Shown here one piece after another: positions 37,869 to 47,725 of a stretch of DNA of 64,000 nucleotides. A program made the translations under genes and the position numbers. Source of the DNA: an uncultured Mollicutes bacterium (GTDB lineage: Bacteria > Bacillota_I > Bacilli_A > RFN20 > CAG-288); assembly GCA_900539865.1 (NCBI GenBank), contig UQDS01000003.1, positions 90,789-154,788 of the forward strand. Direction: 5' to 3'. Position 1 is the stretch's first letter, and each line of letters opens with the position of its first letter. The notes beneath the pieces were generated by a model that had not been told where the DNA came from, made no database searches, and saw nothing but the letters and a program-made list of their open reading frames with translations.

Positions 37869-39233
37869 TTAATTATTGTCTTTTATCATCTCTTCTAAGT
37901 GTTGAATAACTGATTTTAAGCTGTCATTGGTCGTTAACGAATTCTGGATTTTTTGAACGTTAGCCATAACGGTCGTATGGTCTTTTCCAAAGTATTTTCC
38001 AATACCTTGATAGGTCATCTGAAGCAAGTCACGAGCAAGGTACATAGCGATCTGTCTAGCCAATGCGATTTGACCGATGCGCGATTTGCTTTTGAGTTGA
38101 TTTTCTGTCAAAGAATAGTAAGATGCGACAACAGAAATAATTTTATCGATAGAAAGCGTACCATCGTTGATTTTCTTTTGTTCATCGACATGGAATACAT
38201 TCTTACAAAAGTTCATATCGATGACAGGACCGTGGGACGTTGTTGTAATAGCGAAGAGAAGGTTGGTAAATGCGCCTTCTAATTCACGGACGTTTTTACA
38301 ATAATTTTCAGCGAGATAATCTAAGACTTTAGGATCGAACATACTTTCTTCCAAGCCTTGAATTTTTATTTTCATCTTGAGAATATTGACCAAAGTATCT
38401 TTGTTTGGATTAGAGATATTGATGGTTAGACCACCGCTGAAACGAGAGATGAGACGGTCAGGAAGATCTTTAAGTTCGCTAGGAGAACGGTCAGAAGTAA
38501 GAATGATTTGTCTATTGTGAGAAACTAAGAAATTGAAGACATTGAAGAACATTGTCTGCGTATCGGTTTTACCGGCAAGAAATTGAATATCGTCGACTAA
38601 AAGCATGTCGACAGTAGTGAAGAAGTCACGTAATTCTTCGGCTTTTCTACCTTTGATATATTTCACATATTCGTTTAAAAAATCATCGGATGTAATATAA
38701 AGAACTTTCGCATCAGGATGTTTGGTTTGATATTCGTTACCAATCGCTTGAATCAAGTGGGTTTTACCTAAACCAGATTTAGAATATAAGAAGATAGGAT
38801 TGCTTTTCGCAGGTGTAGCAACAGCATATAAACCGGCGGTGTAGGCTGTTTTATTGTAGGGACCGACAACAAAGGAATCAAAGGTGTATTGCGGTTGCAA
38901 CGAGGAGTTTTTAAAGAATGTATCTGTGGCCTGTTGCAAGGCTTCTTTGCGTTTCATGAAGGTCTTACGATCTAAGATTTCTACTTGTATAGGAGTTTCT
39001 AAAACGCGGCTGAGATAATCTTGAATATTGGTCAACAAGGAGCTTTTAATGATGGTGGCATTTGTTTCATTATCAGTGATGAAAGTAGCTTTGTTATCCT
39101 GCAAAGATTTCAATTCAAAAGAGCCATCAGAAAAGATGACATCAAAGAGTTTGCTATCGATACTTTTACGAAGTTCTTCTGCTAAATTTTCAGATATTTC
39201 ATTGAGTTGACGTTCTTTGTTTGTTTCGTACAT
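37869..39233 (-). CDS. dnaA: chromosomal replication initiator protein DnaA
   Basis: It has the AAA+ Walker A (GKSGLGKTHL), Walker B (LLVDDIQF), the sensor/DnaA signature and a C-terminal DNA-binding domain. Confidence 0.95.
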   Translation of the reverse strand: MYETNKERQLNEISENLAEELRKSIDSKLFDVIFSDGSFELKSLQDNKATFITDNETNATIIKSSLLTNIQDYLSRVLETPIQVEILDRKTFMKRKEALQQATDTFFKNSSLQPQYTFDSFVVGPYNKTAYTAGLYAVATPAKSNPIFLYSKSGLGKTHLIQAIGNEYQTKHPDAKVLYITSDDFLNEYVKYIKGRKAEELRDFFTTVDMLLVDDIQFLAGKTDTQTMFFNVFNFLVSHNRQIILTSDRSPSELKDLPDRLISRFSGGLTINISNPNKDTLVNILKMKIKIQGLEESMFDPKVLDYLAENYCKNVRELEGAFTNLLFAITTTSHGPVIDMNFCKNVFHVDEQKKINDGTLSIDKIISVVASYYSLTENQLKSKSRIGQIALARQIAMYLARDLLQMTYQGIGKYFGKDHTTVMANVQKIQNSLTTNDSLKSVIQHLEEMIKDNN

Positions 39234-39310
39234 AAGAAAGCTCCTTAATAAGCGTATAGATTATAGATTATTTCACCTGAATTTCAAAGATAAAAAACGA
39301 CATATAAAAG

Positions 39311-39594
39311 TTATCCACAAAAAAAGAGAGAAAGAAATAGACATTATCATATCCCCTTGAAAAAAGTTATCCACCAAGATTTTACGGGTAAAAAATGTGG
39401 ATAGGTATGATGTGGATAACTCAAAATGTGGATAAGTGGATAACTTTTGGTGGATAAGTATTTTATCCACAGGTTAATTTATCGATGATTTAGGAAAAAT
39501 TTTGACTTATCCACCACATTTATTTAGGCTTATCCACCAGCGGTGAATTACGTTGTTTTCGGTGGATAAGTCTGTGTATAAGTATGTGGATAAC
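39311..39594. promoter_or_regulatory. oriC part 1: cluster of at least 12 DnaA boxes upstream of dnaA
   Basis: Perfect TTATCCACA/TGTGGATAA boxes lie at 39311, 39411, 39427, 39463 and 39586. One-mismatch boxes lie at 39367, 39396, 39436, 39451, 39507, 39530 and 39561. Confidence 0.85.
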
Positions 39595-39826
39595 ATAAAA
39601 TGAAATGAATTGTTAAAAATAATTCTCCACCTGATTATTCACTTTTAATTTTAAACATTACTTCCATTTTATTTACAAACTTTATCAGTTTAAAATTATT
39701 TGTGGAAAACTTTGTCAAAACAGCAAAAATGCCCAATTGAATGCCGGCGTTTAAAATGAATCTCAATGATATAAAATAGAAACTATATTGTTATAATAGT
39801 AGACAGATAAAAGGAGATGAATTCCC

Positions 39827-40864
39827 ATGGCTCAGAATGAAATGAATCAGACTGAGGAAATACGTTTGAATACGCCTGAGGAAATCGTGTTGAATTCCCA
39901 ATTTAAAGATGGCTTTTTTAAGCGTATGCTCTTCGGCTTTCTCTATGGTTTAGCAATTATTATTCCAGGTATTTCCGGCGCAGCAGTTTCCATCATATTC
40001 AAGCTCTATGATGAATTGATTTATGCCGTTTCTAACTTATTTAAACGTTTTAAAAAATGTTTTTTATTTTTGCTTCCAATTGTCTTAGGCCTACTGGTTG
40101 GTTTATTACTTGGCTTATTGGCAGTACAGAAACTGCTTGAGCTTCTTCCCGTCTCGATTGTCTTCCTTTTTGCCGGCTTGATGATCGGATCATTCCCCGC
40201 AGTAAGACGCGAGATTAAAGGCAATAAAAAAGATGTGAAAAACAGTTCGTTCTTCCTTCTTGGCACCTTGTTACCTCTTATCTTTTTAGCCGTAACAGTC
40301 GGTTTGAACTTCAAAGATTTAGCGACACAGGCACAAGGTGATTTCAACGACACTGGCATCGCTGAAAACTTCTTTAAAGATTTCCCTATCTATCTTTATT
40401 TTCTTGCCATTCCAATCGGTATGATTGTCGGCCTTACACAAGTTGTCCCTGGTTTATCCGCTTCCGCTTTCTTAATGATGGTCGGTTGGTTCAATCCGTT
40501 GATGGATTCCTTACACCGTGATTATCTTTTCCAAAATCCGAAGATCTTTATTGTCATCGCTATTCTCATTGTCAGTTTCCTTGTCGGTTTCTTCCTCACT
40601 TCTAAATTGATTGCTTATTGTACGAAGAAAAATCGCGTTTTGTCTTATCAATTTATTGTCGGCCTTTCTTTAGGCTCTATTTTCTCAATGTTTGCAAATC
40701 CGGAAGTGATGACAATTTACTTGGGTTGGTATTATAAAGGAATTGTCGGAACAATCGGTATTGTGGATGTCAGCTTAGCAGCGCCACTGATGATTCTTGG
40801 TATCGGCTTAGCTTATTGGCTTGTCCGTTACGAAATGAAGAAAACAGAAAGCATAGAAAAATAG
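39827..40864 (+). CDS. polytopic membrane protein, DUF368-like (two internal repeats with PG-x-S motif)
   Basis: It has 8-10 TM segments with the repeated motifs IPGISGAAVS and VPGLSASAFL, which resemble the DUF368 PGxSRSG repeats. Confidence 0.45.
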   Translation: MAQNEMNQTEEIRLNTPEEIVLNSQFKDGFFKRMLFGFLYGLAIIIPGISGAAVSIIFKLYDELIYAVSNLFKRFKKCFLFLLPIVLGLLVGLLLGLLAVQKLLELLPVSIVFLFAGLMIGSFPAVRREIKGNKKDVKNSSFFLLGTLLPLIFLAVTVGLNFKDLATQAQGDFNDTGIAENFFKDFPIYLYFLAIPIGMIVGLTQVVPGLSASAFLMMVGWFNPLMDSLHRDYLFQNPKIFIVIAILIVSFLVGFFLTSKLIAYCTKKNRVLSYQFIVGLSLGSIFSMFANPEVMTIYLGWYYKGIVGTIGIVDVSLAAPLMILGIGLAYWLVRYEMKKTESIEK

Positions 40865-40919
40865 CCCACACGGGCTATTTTCTTTTTCCACACAATTTTA
40901 TTTCAATTATAATATTTGT

Positions 40920-42686
40920 ATGAAAACAAAAACTTTGGACAACCCTAAAAAATTAAGAAATTATTGGCTGTGTCAATGGCCTCTTGTCACGGCCAGTTTT
41001 TTAGTTGGTATACTTTATAATTTTGGCGCGTTGGCTACCCCTTATTTCAACACGGTTTTGATCAATGTCATCGAAGAAAAAAGAGCGTTCTTATCCGTAG
41101 TTAATATCGTCTTGATTTATATCGCGGTGATTGTCTCTGTTGAATTGTGTCGCGCATTGAAACGTTATTTTGTTCGCATCTTTGCTAATCGCACTCTTTT
41201 TATGATGCGAAAGAATTTGTACAACAATCTTTTGCATATGGACAAGAAAGAAATAGAACAAGTAAATATGGGAGATTTGCTTTCTAGAAATATCTCTGAT
41301 GTCAACAAAACAGTGGAAGGTATGAGAAAATTGACAACAGAAATTTATGATACGGTACTGCTGTTTTTCTTCTATGTCGCATATATGATGATCTTTGATC
41401 CGATTGCGACATTGTATTCTTTAATACCGATATGTTTCGCTATTTTTTTAGCTTTTTTATTAAGAAAACCTTCCGCAGAATTATCGACACAAAGCAGAAA
41501 GATTTTTGCCAAGATGACCGATCAGACATATGATAATTTTCATAACGCAATGTTATATCGTTTGTACTCTAGAGAAGAAGATATGGATAGATACTACAAT
41601 CAAACATTGAGCGAATATGAAAAGAAAAACAAGCGCTTTTTGTTGTTGCAAGATAGTATTACACCATTGAGTAAAATCATCTCTTTGTTTGGACTTATTC
41701 CCATTGTGTATTTTGGAACAATTCATGTTTTACAGCAAGATTCATTACTTGTTTCTCTCCCTTTGATCGAAGATCAAGTTTGGAATGCAGGTATTTTATC
41801 AGGATATATCATGACTTTTGTACTTATGGCGACAAAAGCAAGTAATACTTCTCGCCTGTTTTCTTCGGTTGAAAAGGGATTGGCTTCTTGGAAAAAAATC
41901 AAACCATATATCGAAAAATCCTCTTCCTATGATGTTCCTGTAACGGTGGAAGGAAATACATTACAGCTAGAGCATTTCACTTTGAAAACACATGATCGCA
42001 TTTTGATGAATGATGTTACCTCTTGTTTTCAAACAGGACAAATCATCGGCATTACCGGAGAAATCAGTTCAGGAAAAACAGCGTTTGGAAAGGTGTTCAT
42101 CAGAGAGTTGGATTATGAAGGAAGCCTGATTTTATTTGGAAAAGAATTGCGGGATTATCAAACAAATGAAATCAAGGGAACAGTGTCTTACATGGGACAT
42201 AATCCCAATTTATTGACGATGACCTTAAAAGAAAACATCACGTATGGTGATGAAAAGGATGTCATCCCTTATTTACAAATGGTTTCCTTTGAAGAAGATT
42301 TAAATTCAATGCCCGAAAAAGAAAAGACAATCATTGGAAATGAAGGTGTGAGACTTTCCGGTGGCCAACAGCAGAGAATCGCTTTGGCACGAACTTTATA
42401 TCATCAACATAAACTCATCATTCTCGACGATCCTTTTTCTTCTATTGACTCCAAGACAGAAACAAATATTTTGTCGGCGATTCAAGAGTTAAAAAAAGAT
42501 TGTATTGTGTTATTGATTTCTCATCGTTTTAAAATATTTCCAGAGTTAGATAAAGTTATGGTGCTTCATACATCTGGAGAAGTGAGCGTGGGAAAACACG
42601 ATGATCTTCTTTGTAGCGACTCTGATTATAGGCGCTTATTTGACTTACAACAAAAGGAGAATAAAGAGAATGAATCAACCATATAA
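40920..42686 (+). CDS. ABC exporter permease/ATPase fusion, subunit 1 of a heterodimer (non-canonical Walker B, Asp instead of catalytic Glu)
   Basis: It has a 6-TM domain and an NBD with Walker A (GEISSGKT), signature (LSGGQQQRIALAR) and Walker B (ILDDPFSSID). Confidence 0.85.
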   Translation: MKTKTLDNPKKLRNYWLCQWPLVTASFLVGILYNFGALATPYFNTVLINVIEEKRAFLSVVNIVLIYIAVIVSVELCRALKRYFVRIFANRTLFMMRKNLYNNLLHMDKKEIEQVNMGDLLSRNISDVNKTVEGMRKLTTEIYDTVLLFFFYVAYMMIFDPIATLYSLIPICFAIFLAFLLRKPSAELSTQSRKIFAKMTDQTYDNFHNAMLYRLYSREEDMDRYYNQTLSEYEKKNKRFLLLQDSITPLSKIISLFGLIPIVYFGTIHVLQQDSLLVSLPLIEDQVWNAGILSGYIMTFVLMATKASNTSRLFSSVEKGLASWKKIKPYIEKSSSYDVPVTVEGNTLQLEHFTLKTHDRILMNDVTSCFQTGQIIGITGEISSGKTAFGKVFIRELDYEGSLILFGKELRDYQTNEIKGTVSYMGHNPNLLTMTLKENITYGDEKDVIPYLQMVSFEEDLNSMPEKEKTIIGNEGVRLSGGQQQRIALARTLYHQHKLIILDDPFSSIDSKTETNILSAIQELKKDCIVLLISHRFKIFPELDKVMVLHTSGEVSVGKHDDLLCSDSDYRRLFDLQQKENKENESTI

Positions 42687-44372
42687 AATTTCTTCTTTTC
42701 TCCTTCCTTTTCTAAAAAAACATATCGTGATTGTTGTTCTTTTAATCATGATTGTCATTTGTTCTGTCATCTCTACGCTTCTTCCTTCTTATGCGTTGAA
42801 ATTTTTGATTGATAGCATCGTAAACAGTCAAGGGACATCCGACAATATCATTTTGAATTCATGTTTATTTTTCGGCTCTTATTTTCTTGTGGCTCTTTTT
42901 ACCATGCTGCAAAATTATATGATCGATATCTATGGTCAAAAATTGATTCATGAGCTTCGTTATCAAATGATTGAAAAATCACACCGCATGACTTACGCTT
43001 ACTTCACCCATCATGGTACAGGCGAGATGACCTCTCGTATCATTGATGATGTTCAAGCGGTAGAGACATTATTTGCTAGCGGATTGATTTCTTTTGTTGT
43101 CTCTTTTTTTAAGATAATTGGTATCTTAATTTCGGTGTTTGTTTTTTCTTGGCCTCTTGGTCTCATCCTTATGGCAGTGATACCAGTCATTTACTTCTTG
43201 ACTAAGTTTTTCCGTAAACGCATGCTCAATTATCAGATGAAAAACCGCAAGCAACTCAACGCGCTTACCAATGATATCTCAGAGACAAGTCAAAACATGC
43301 AAGTGATTCAATTGCTTGGTAAAGAACAATATCAAGAGGAAAAATATCAACAGATATTAAAAGCTTTAAATCAAACAAAACAAAAGACAGCCTTGTTTGA
43401 TTCCATATATTCTCCTATCGTTGATTCTATAAAAGCAATCTTTATCGGAAGTGTTACATTGCTTGTATCTTATGCCAGCGAAACAACGAGTGTTATTAGT
43501 CTTGGAATCACCGTTGGAACTTTTGCAGCCGCATTAGATTTAATCAGCAATATTTTTGTTCCCATCATCAATTTAGGACAGGAGATGGAAACGATGCAAG
43601 AGGGTATTTCTGGACTGAAGAGAGTTGAAGTTTTTATGTCCGAGAAAGAGATCACATCAAAAGATAATTCCATTCTTGCAAAAGAGGTTTTGAAAAAAGA
43701 AGAATTAATTCGAGTGGAAAACTTATCCTTCCATTATGATGACAGCGAGGAAGATGTCATAAAAGATGTCAGTTTTTCTTTGAAGAAAAAAGATAAAGTG
43801 ACACTCATTGGTAGAACAGGAGCAGGAAAGACTACTCTATTTCGTTTGCTTACGGGAATTTTAGAACCTACCACAGGAGATATATTTATCGGAGATTACA
43901 AAGCAAATCGCATTCCAGAGCAGCAAAAAAATATCTCTTTGGATACGTAGAACAAGGATTTTCAGCCATTCCCGGAACAGTGTTAGATCAGATTACTTTA
44001 CACGATAAAAGCATTTCTATAGAGCAAGTGGAAAAAGTGATGGATAGAGTGTTTTTAAACGATTATGTACTTACGGAAGTAAAAGGCGGATATCAAGCGG
44101 AATTTCGCATGGATTTATTCTCGCGTGGGCAATTGCAATTACTCTCACTTGCCAGAGCACTTGTCTTTGATCCTGAAATCTTGCTTTTAGATGAAATCAG
44201 TGCAAATTTAGATGCAAAGACAGAAGGTGAAATCATCGCTATTTTAAGTGATCCAACAATGGATAAAACTATTATTTCTATCTCACATCATTTATCTGAT
44301 CAACTCAATTTTAATAAGATTCTTGAGGTAAATCATAAAGGAGTTACTTTACACTGCAAAGAGAACCAGTGA
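42670..44372 (+). pseudogene. ABC exporter permease/ATPase fusion, subunit 2, interrupted by a frameshift in an A7 run (43925-43931)
   Basis: The ATG at 42670 follows AAGGAG. It has a TM domain and Walker A (GRTGAGKTT). The reading frame switches from 1 to 3 within caaaaaaat. The downstream ORF 43980-44372 carries a degenerate signature (FSRGQLQ) and canonical Walker B (LLLDEIS), and the frame-3 translation KKYLFGYVEQGF...GTVLDQI continues the NBD. Confidence 0.7.
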
Positions 44373-44382
44373 TTTTAGTCAT

Positions 44383-44447
44383 AAAAAAAACCTTATCGTT
44401 GTTCAAAACATAAAGTGTATATACTTTATCTGTACAGCGATAAGGTT
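44383..44447 (-). terminator. compound hairpin terminator (serves CDF gene on minus strand, possibly ABC genes on plus)
   Basis: The outer stem aaccttatcg...cgataaggtt encloses a 20-nt perfect palindrome at 44410-44429. A8 runs on the plus side. Confidence 0.6.
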
Positions 44448-44451
44448 ATCT

Positions 44452-45426
44452 TTAACGCAAATATTCTCGTTGATTTCGATGGAAATCATCGTCCGGTTGG
44501 ACAATGACAAAGACATTTTTTAAATCGTCGAAATGATTTAATAATGTTTCTTTAATCTTATCTGAGATATCATCACTTTCTTTTAAAGTCATATTTTCAT
44601 TTTCAAGAATATAAATTTCCAAATAGAATTTTTCTGAGAACATACGAGAGGAAATCATTTTGACTTGCTCTTTGCTGATGATGGTATAAAGAGTTTCTTT
44701 TACTTCGTTTAATTTTTCTTCACTGATAGCGTGATCTGTCAATTCTTTTGTTGCTGGGATAAATGTGCTGACACCAACCCAAATAACCATAATAGCAATC
44801 GGATAAGTGAAAATGGGATCTAAGATATTATTCGGTAACCAGATAGAGCCTAATAAGGCAATGATAGCAGCAGCGCTAGAAAGAGCGTCTACAATCTGAT
44901 GCCATGCGTCGGCGACCATCGCTTTCGAGTGGGCTTTTTTAGCTGCGTACATTGTGATGAAAAACATCACAAGTTTAACGGCAATGCTATCTAAAGCGAG
45001 AGATAAAGATAACCACCACATGCCAGAAAAGGCTTCTGCGCCTGCCTCGCCATGTCCTTGTGTGATGTCGATTAAACCATGGGTAGAATCGATGATGATT
45101 TCGCCAGCGAGAATAAAAAGGATGATGGCTAAAATCATGCTTCCGATACTGGCCCAGCGTTCATATCCGTAATTGTATTGCTTGTTTTTCTTTCTCGCTG
45201 CAATCCAGATAGAAACAACGGCGATGATTGTTGTTAAAACATCTCCTGTTCCGTGAACGCCATCTGAGAAGACTGCGTTGGAATTCGCGACTTTTCCGAC
45301 AACGATTTTGGTCAATCCTAAACAGAGGTTTAAGATGATGGAAACGACACCGACAATTGTTGCGATTCTTACAGGGTCTTTTTCTTTTTCTTCTAAAGTT
45401 TCAATTCGATTATGGTTCATATGCAA
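44452..45426 (-). CDS. cation diffusion facilitator (CDF) family metal efflux transporter
   Basis: It has a 6-TM domain with His/Asp metal ligands in TM2/TM5 (SDGVHGTGD, HQIVDALSS) and a C-terminal cytoplasmic domain. Confidence 0.8.
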   Translation of the reverse strand: MHMNHNRIETLEEKEKDPVRIATIVGVVSIILNLCLGLTKIVVGKVANSNAVFSDGVHGTGDVLTTIIAVVSIWIAARKKNKQYNYGYERWASIGSMILAIILFILAGEIIIDSTHGLIDITQGHGEAGAEAFSGMWWLSLSLALDSIAVKLVMFFITMYAAKKAHSKAMVADAWHQIVDALSSAAAIIALLGSIWLPNNILDPIFTYPIAIMVIWVGVSTFIPATKELTDHAISEEKLNEVKETLYTIISKEQVKMISSRMFSEKFYLEIYILENENMTLKESDDISDKIKETLLNHFDDLKNVFVIVQPDDDFHRNQREYLR

Positions 45427-46063
45427 TGCTGTCTTTCTCCAAAACTAAAAGGAGTGTTCCGTCTTTTACTGAGATATTGACTTCTTTTCCAATCAGTTCG
45501 TTGGATATACCAAGGGGTGTATCATTTGACAAAGTGGCATCGTGTAATTCATACATGGCGCCAGTGATTGTCACGCCTCTTGCTTTACTATTATAGCTGA
45601 AGAGAGAGAACTTTCCACCGTTCTTTGCTTTTAAGCGTATACATGAATTAAATATCATATGAACAATGGTTTGATTGTCCTGAGAATAAAGATATGCTTT
45701 CTTGTGCTGACTTGTTAAGAAATAGATAAGTTGGAAGTTGGCAATGGTATGTTCTACCTTTCCTCCTAGGCACCCAAAAAGGTGAAATTCATCGTAGTTT
45801 TGCGCCAAAAGATACTTTAGAGCTACTAATGTATCGGTATCATCTTTATGCGTGTTTAATTCGATGAGTTCTTTGGGGTTTTGGACTCTGGAACGGTCGA
45901 AAGTATCAAAATCCCCTACAAGCAAATCCGGTTCGATTTTCGCTTTTATAAAAGATTCTTGTCCGCCGTCACAGGCGACAAGAAAAAATCCTTCTTCGCG
46001 TGCTTTATTTAAAAAGGAAACGTCTTCTAAGGGGAGAGCCCCGACAATGATTGCTTTTTTCAT
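45410..46063 (-). CDS. thiamine pyrophosphokinase
   Basis: It matches the TPK family, with ...LVACDGG...LLVGDFDT... and a C-terminal thiamine-binding domain. It overlaps the CDF gene by 17 nt. Confidence 0.75.
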   Translation of the reverse strand: MKKAIIVGALPLEDVSFLNKAREEGFFLVACDGGQESFIKAKIEPDLLVGDFDTFDRSRVQNPKELIELNTHKDDTDTLVALKYLLAQNYDEFHLFGCLGGKVEHTIANFQLIYFLTSQHKKAYLYSQDNQTIVHMIFNSCIRLKAKNGGKFSLFSYNSKARGVTITGAMYELHDATLSNDTPLGISNELIGKEVNISVKDGTLLLVLEKDSIAYEP

Positions 46064-46620
46064 AAGGTGATACCGGGCAATTCGATGCCTCTTTCTTTCG
46101 CTTGATTGTAAATTCTTTCTTGCAAGTCTTTGTCTCTGTCTTCGCTCGCCATTATCAGCATTCCGTAATAGCCTTCCATCATTCCGCTTTGGGCTGCTTT
46201 TTTATAGTTTTCAAAAGCTTGTTTTCGGTTCTTTTCAAAAACATTTCCATAGTGTTGACATTTCGCCATTTCTAAGCACGCTTCTGCAATCCCCTCATCC
46301 GCTGCAATACGAAGAAAATTTCTTGCGTCGACAGGTCTTGTGTCTTTGACAAGATGAAAAAGATAGTAGCATCCATAGAGGCAACCTTCTTTGACAGCCA
46401 AACGCGCTTGTTGAATTGCTTCTTCTTTGCTGACTACAAAGATAGGATTCTCTTCTGCGAAATAACACTGCACCAAAAAAAGGTGATTTCGTCCGAAGAA
46501 GTTGGTGCTGTTTTCAAAAATTTTACGGATATCGAATTTTTGTTCGCAGGTTGTAAAAGGATCTTTGGCGATGATTAACAATCTTTTTAAGAGTTCCTCT
46601 TTGTTGATTTTCTTTTCCAT
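46060..46620 (-). CDS. Sel1-like repeat (TPR-like) protein
   Basis: It has three repeats with A..G...G.Y.L spacing (AVKEGCLYGCYYL, AADEGIAEACLEM, AAQSGMMEGYYGM). Confidence 0.5.
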   Translation of the reverse strand: MEKKINKEELLKRLLIIAKDPFTTCEQKFDIRKIFENSTNFFGRNHLFLVQCYFAEENPIFVVSKEEAIQQARLAVKEGCLYGCYYLFHLVKDTRPVDARNFLRIAADEGIAEACLEMAKCQHYGNVFEKNRKQAFENYKKAAQSGMMEGYYGMLIMASEDRDKDLQERIYNQAKERGIELPGITL

Positions 46621-46735
46621 GCTCTTATTATAATCCTAAAAGCACTTTCTCTTTCTATATGACTTTCAAATTGCATATAATATTGGTAATAAACTTGAAG
46701 TTTGTACTTCAAAAAGAAATGAAGAAAGAGATACT

Positions 46736-47608
46736 ATGAACACGATTATTGTCCGCGCCTTAGCTAAGATTAATCTAGCGATTGATATCAAAGAGAGAAG
46801 AGAAGATGGGTATCATGAAATTGATATGGTTACAATTCCATTAAAACTTCATGATTCTGTAGAAATCACACCCTATCCTGAAAAAGCAGGTATGGAGACT
46901 TATCTTTATTGCGATGATCCTTCCATTATTTGTGATGAATCTAACCTCGCTTATAAAGCGTTAAATGTCATGAAAGAGAACAAAAAAATTGAAGGCTCTT
47001 TCCAAATGATGATACACAAGAGAATCCCGGTGGAAGCAGGACTTGGCGGAGGAAGCGCAGATGCAGCTGCAGTCATTCGCGCTTTAGATGCTTTTTCTAA
47101 AGAAAAGAATGTAGAAGATTTCGAAAACAAAATTGCGTTGTCTATCGGAAGTGATGTTCCGTTCTGCTTAAAAAACAAACCCTGTCGCGTACAAGGAATC
47201 GGTGAAAAGCTTACTGAAATTGAAATTAAGCGTCACTATCATGTTTTGATTGTAAAACCGGATGTAGGACTTTCTACGAAATCGGTTTTTGAAGCTTATG
47301 ACTTAATTGATCCAAGCCGTATTCAAAGACCAAATATTGAAGAGCTGATTCAGGGCTTGAAAGAAGATGATGAAGCGTTGATTGAAAAGAATTTGATCAA
47401 TGTTCTTTCTTATCCGGCAATCGATGCGCTTCCGGTCATTCAAGAATTATTAGATAAAATGAAGTTCATGGGATTGAAACTTTGCGGTATGTCTGGAACA
47501 GGTTCCGCTTGTTTTGCTTTGAGCAAAGATAAGAAATTGCTAGAGCATGTCTACAATATCTTTGAAAGATACGGTTATTCTTGCTACATGAGTGAATTTA
47601 TAGATTAG
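46736..47608 (+). CDS. ispE: 4-(cytidine 5'-diphospho)-2-C-methyl-D-erythritol kinase
   Basis: It carries the GHMP kinase motif PVEAGLGGGSADAAAV and the IspE N-terminus (ALAKINL). Confidence 0.85.
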   Translation: MNTIIVRALAKINLAIDIKERREDGYHEIDMVTIPLKLHDSVEITPYPEKAGMETYLYCDDPSIICDESNLAYKALNVMKENKKIEGSFQMMIHKRIPVEAGLGGGSADAAAVIRALDAFSKEKNVEDFENKIALSIGSDVPFCLKNKPCRVQGIGEKLTEIEIKRHYHVLIVKPDVGLSTKSVFEAYDLIDPSRIQRPNIEELIQGLKEDDEALIEKNLINVLSYPAIDALPVIQELLDKMKFMGLKLCGMSGTGSACFALSKDKKLLEHVYNIFERYGYSCYMSEFID

Positions 47609-47725
47609 TGCCTCTTAAGAGGCACTTTTTATTTAAAAAAATCATTTATAAATCGAATTTTCTTAAAACAGAATAGAAAGTAAGCTACTAGATTTTGTAT
47701 AATAAATTGTTGTTTGGAGGTAAAT

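Noticed and set aside
39311-39594. A tandem array of gtggataa-containing repeats that could be mistaken for CRISPR or other direct repeats
   Set aside because: The units are 9-mers matching the DnaA box in both orientations with irregular spacing. They lie immediately upstream of dnaA. There is no repeat-spacer periodicity and no cas genes.
43951-44372. ORF 43980..44372 (130 aa) as an independent small ABC ATPase gene
   Set aside because: It carries only the signature and Walker B half of an NBD and has no Walker A. The +2 frame is continuous with the upstream subunit through an A7 run, so it is the downstream half of a frameshifted gene.
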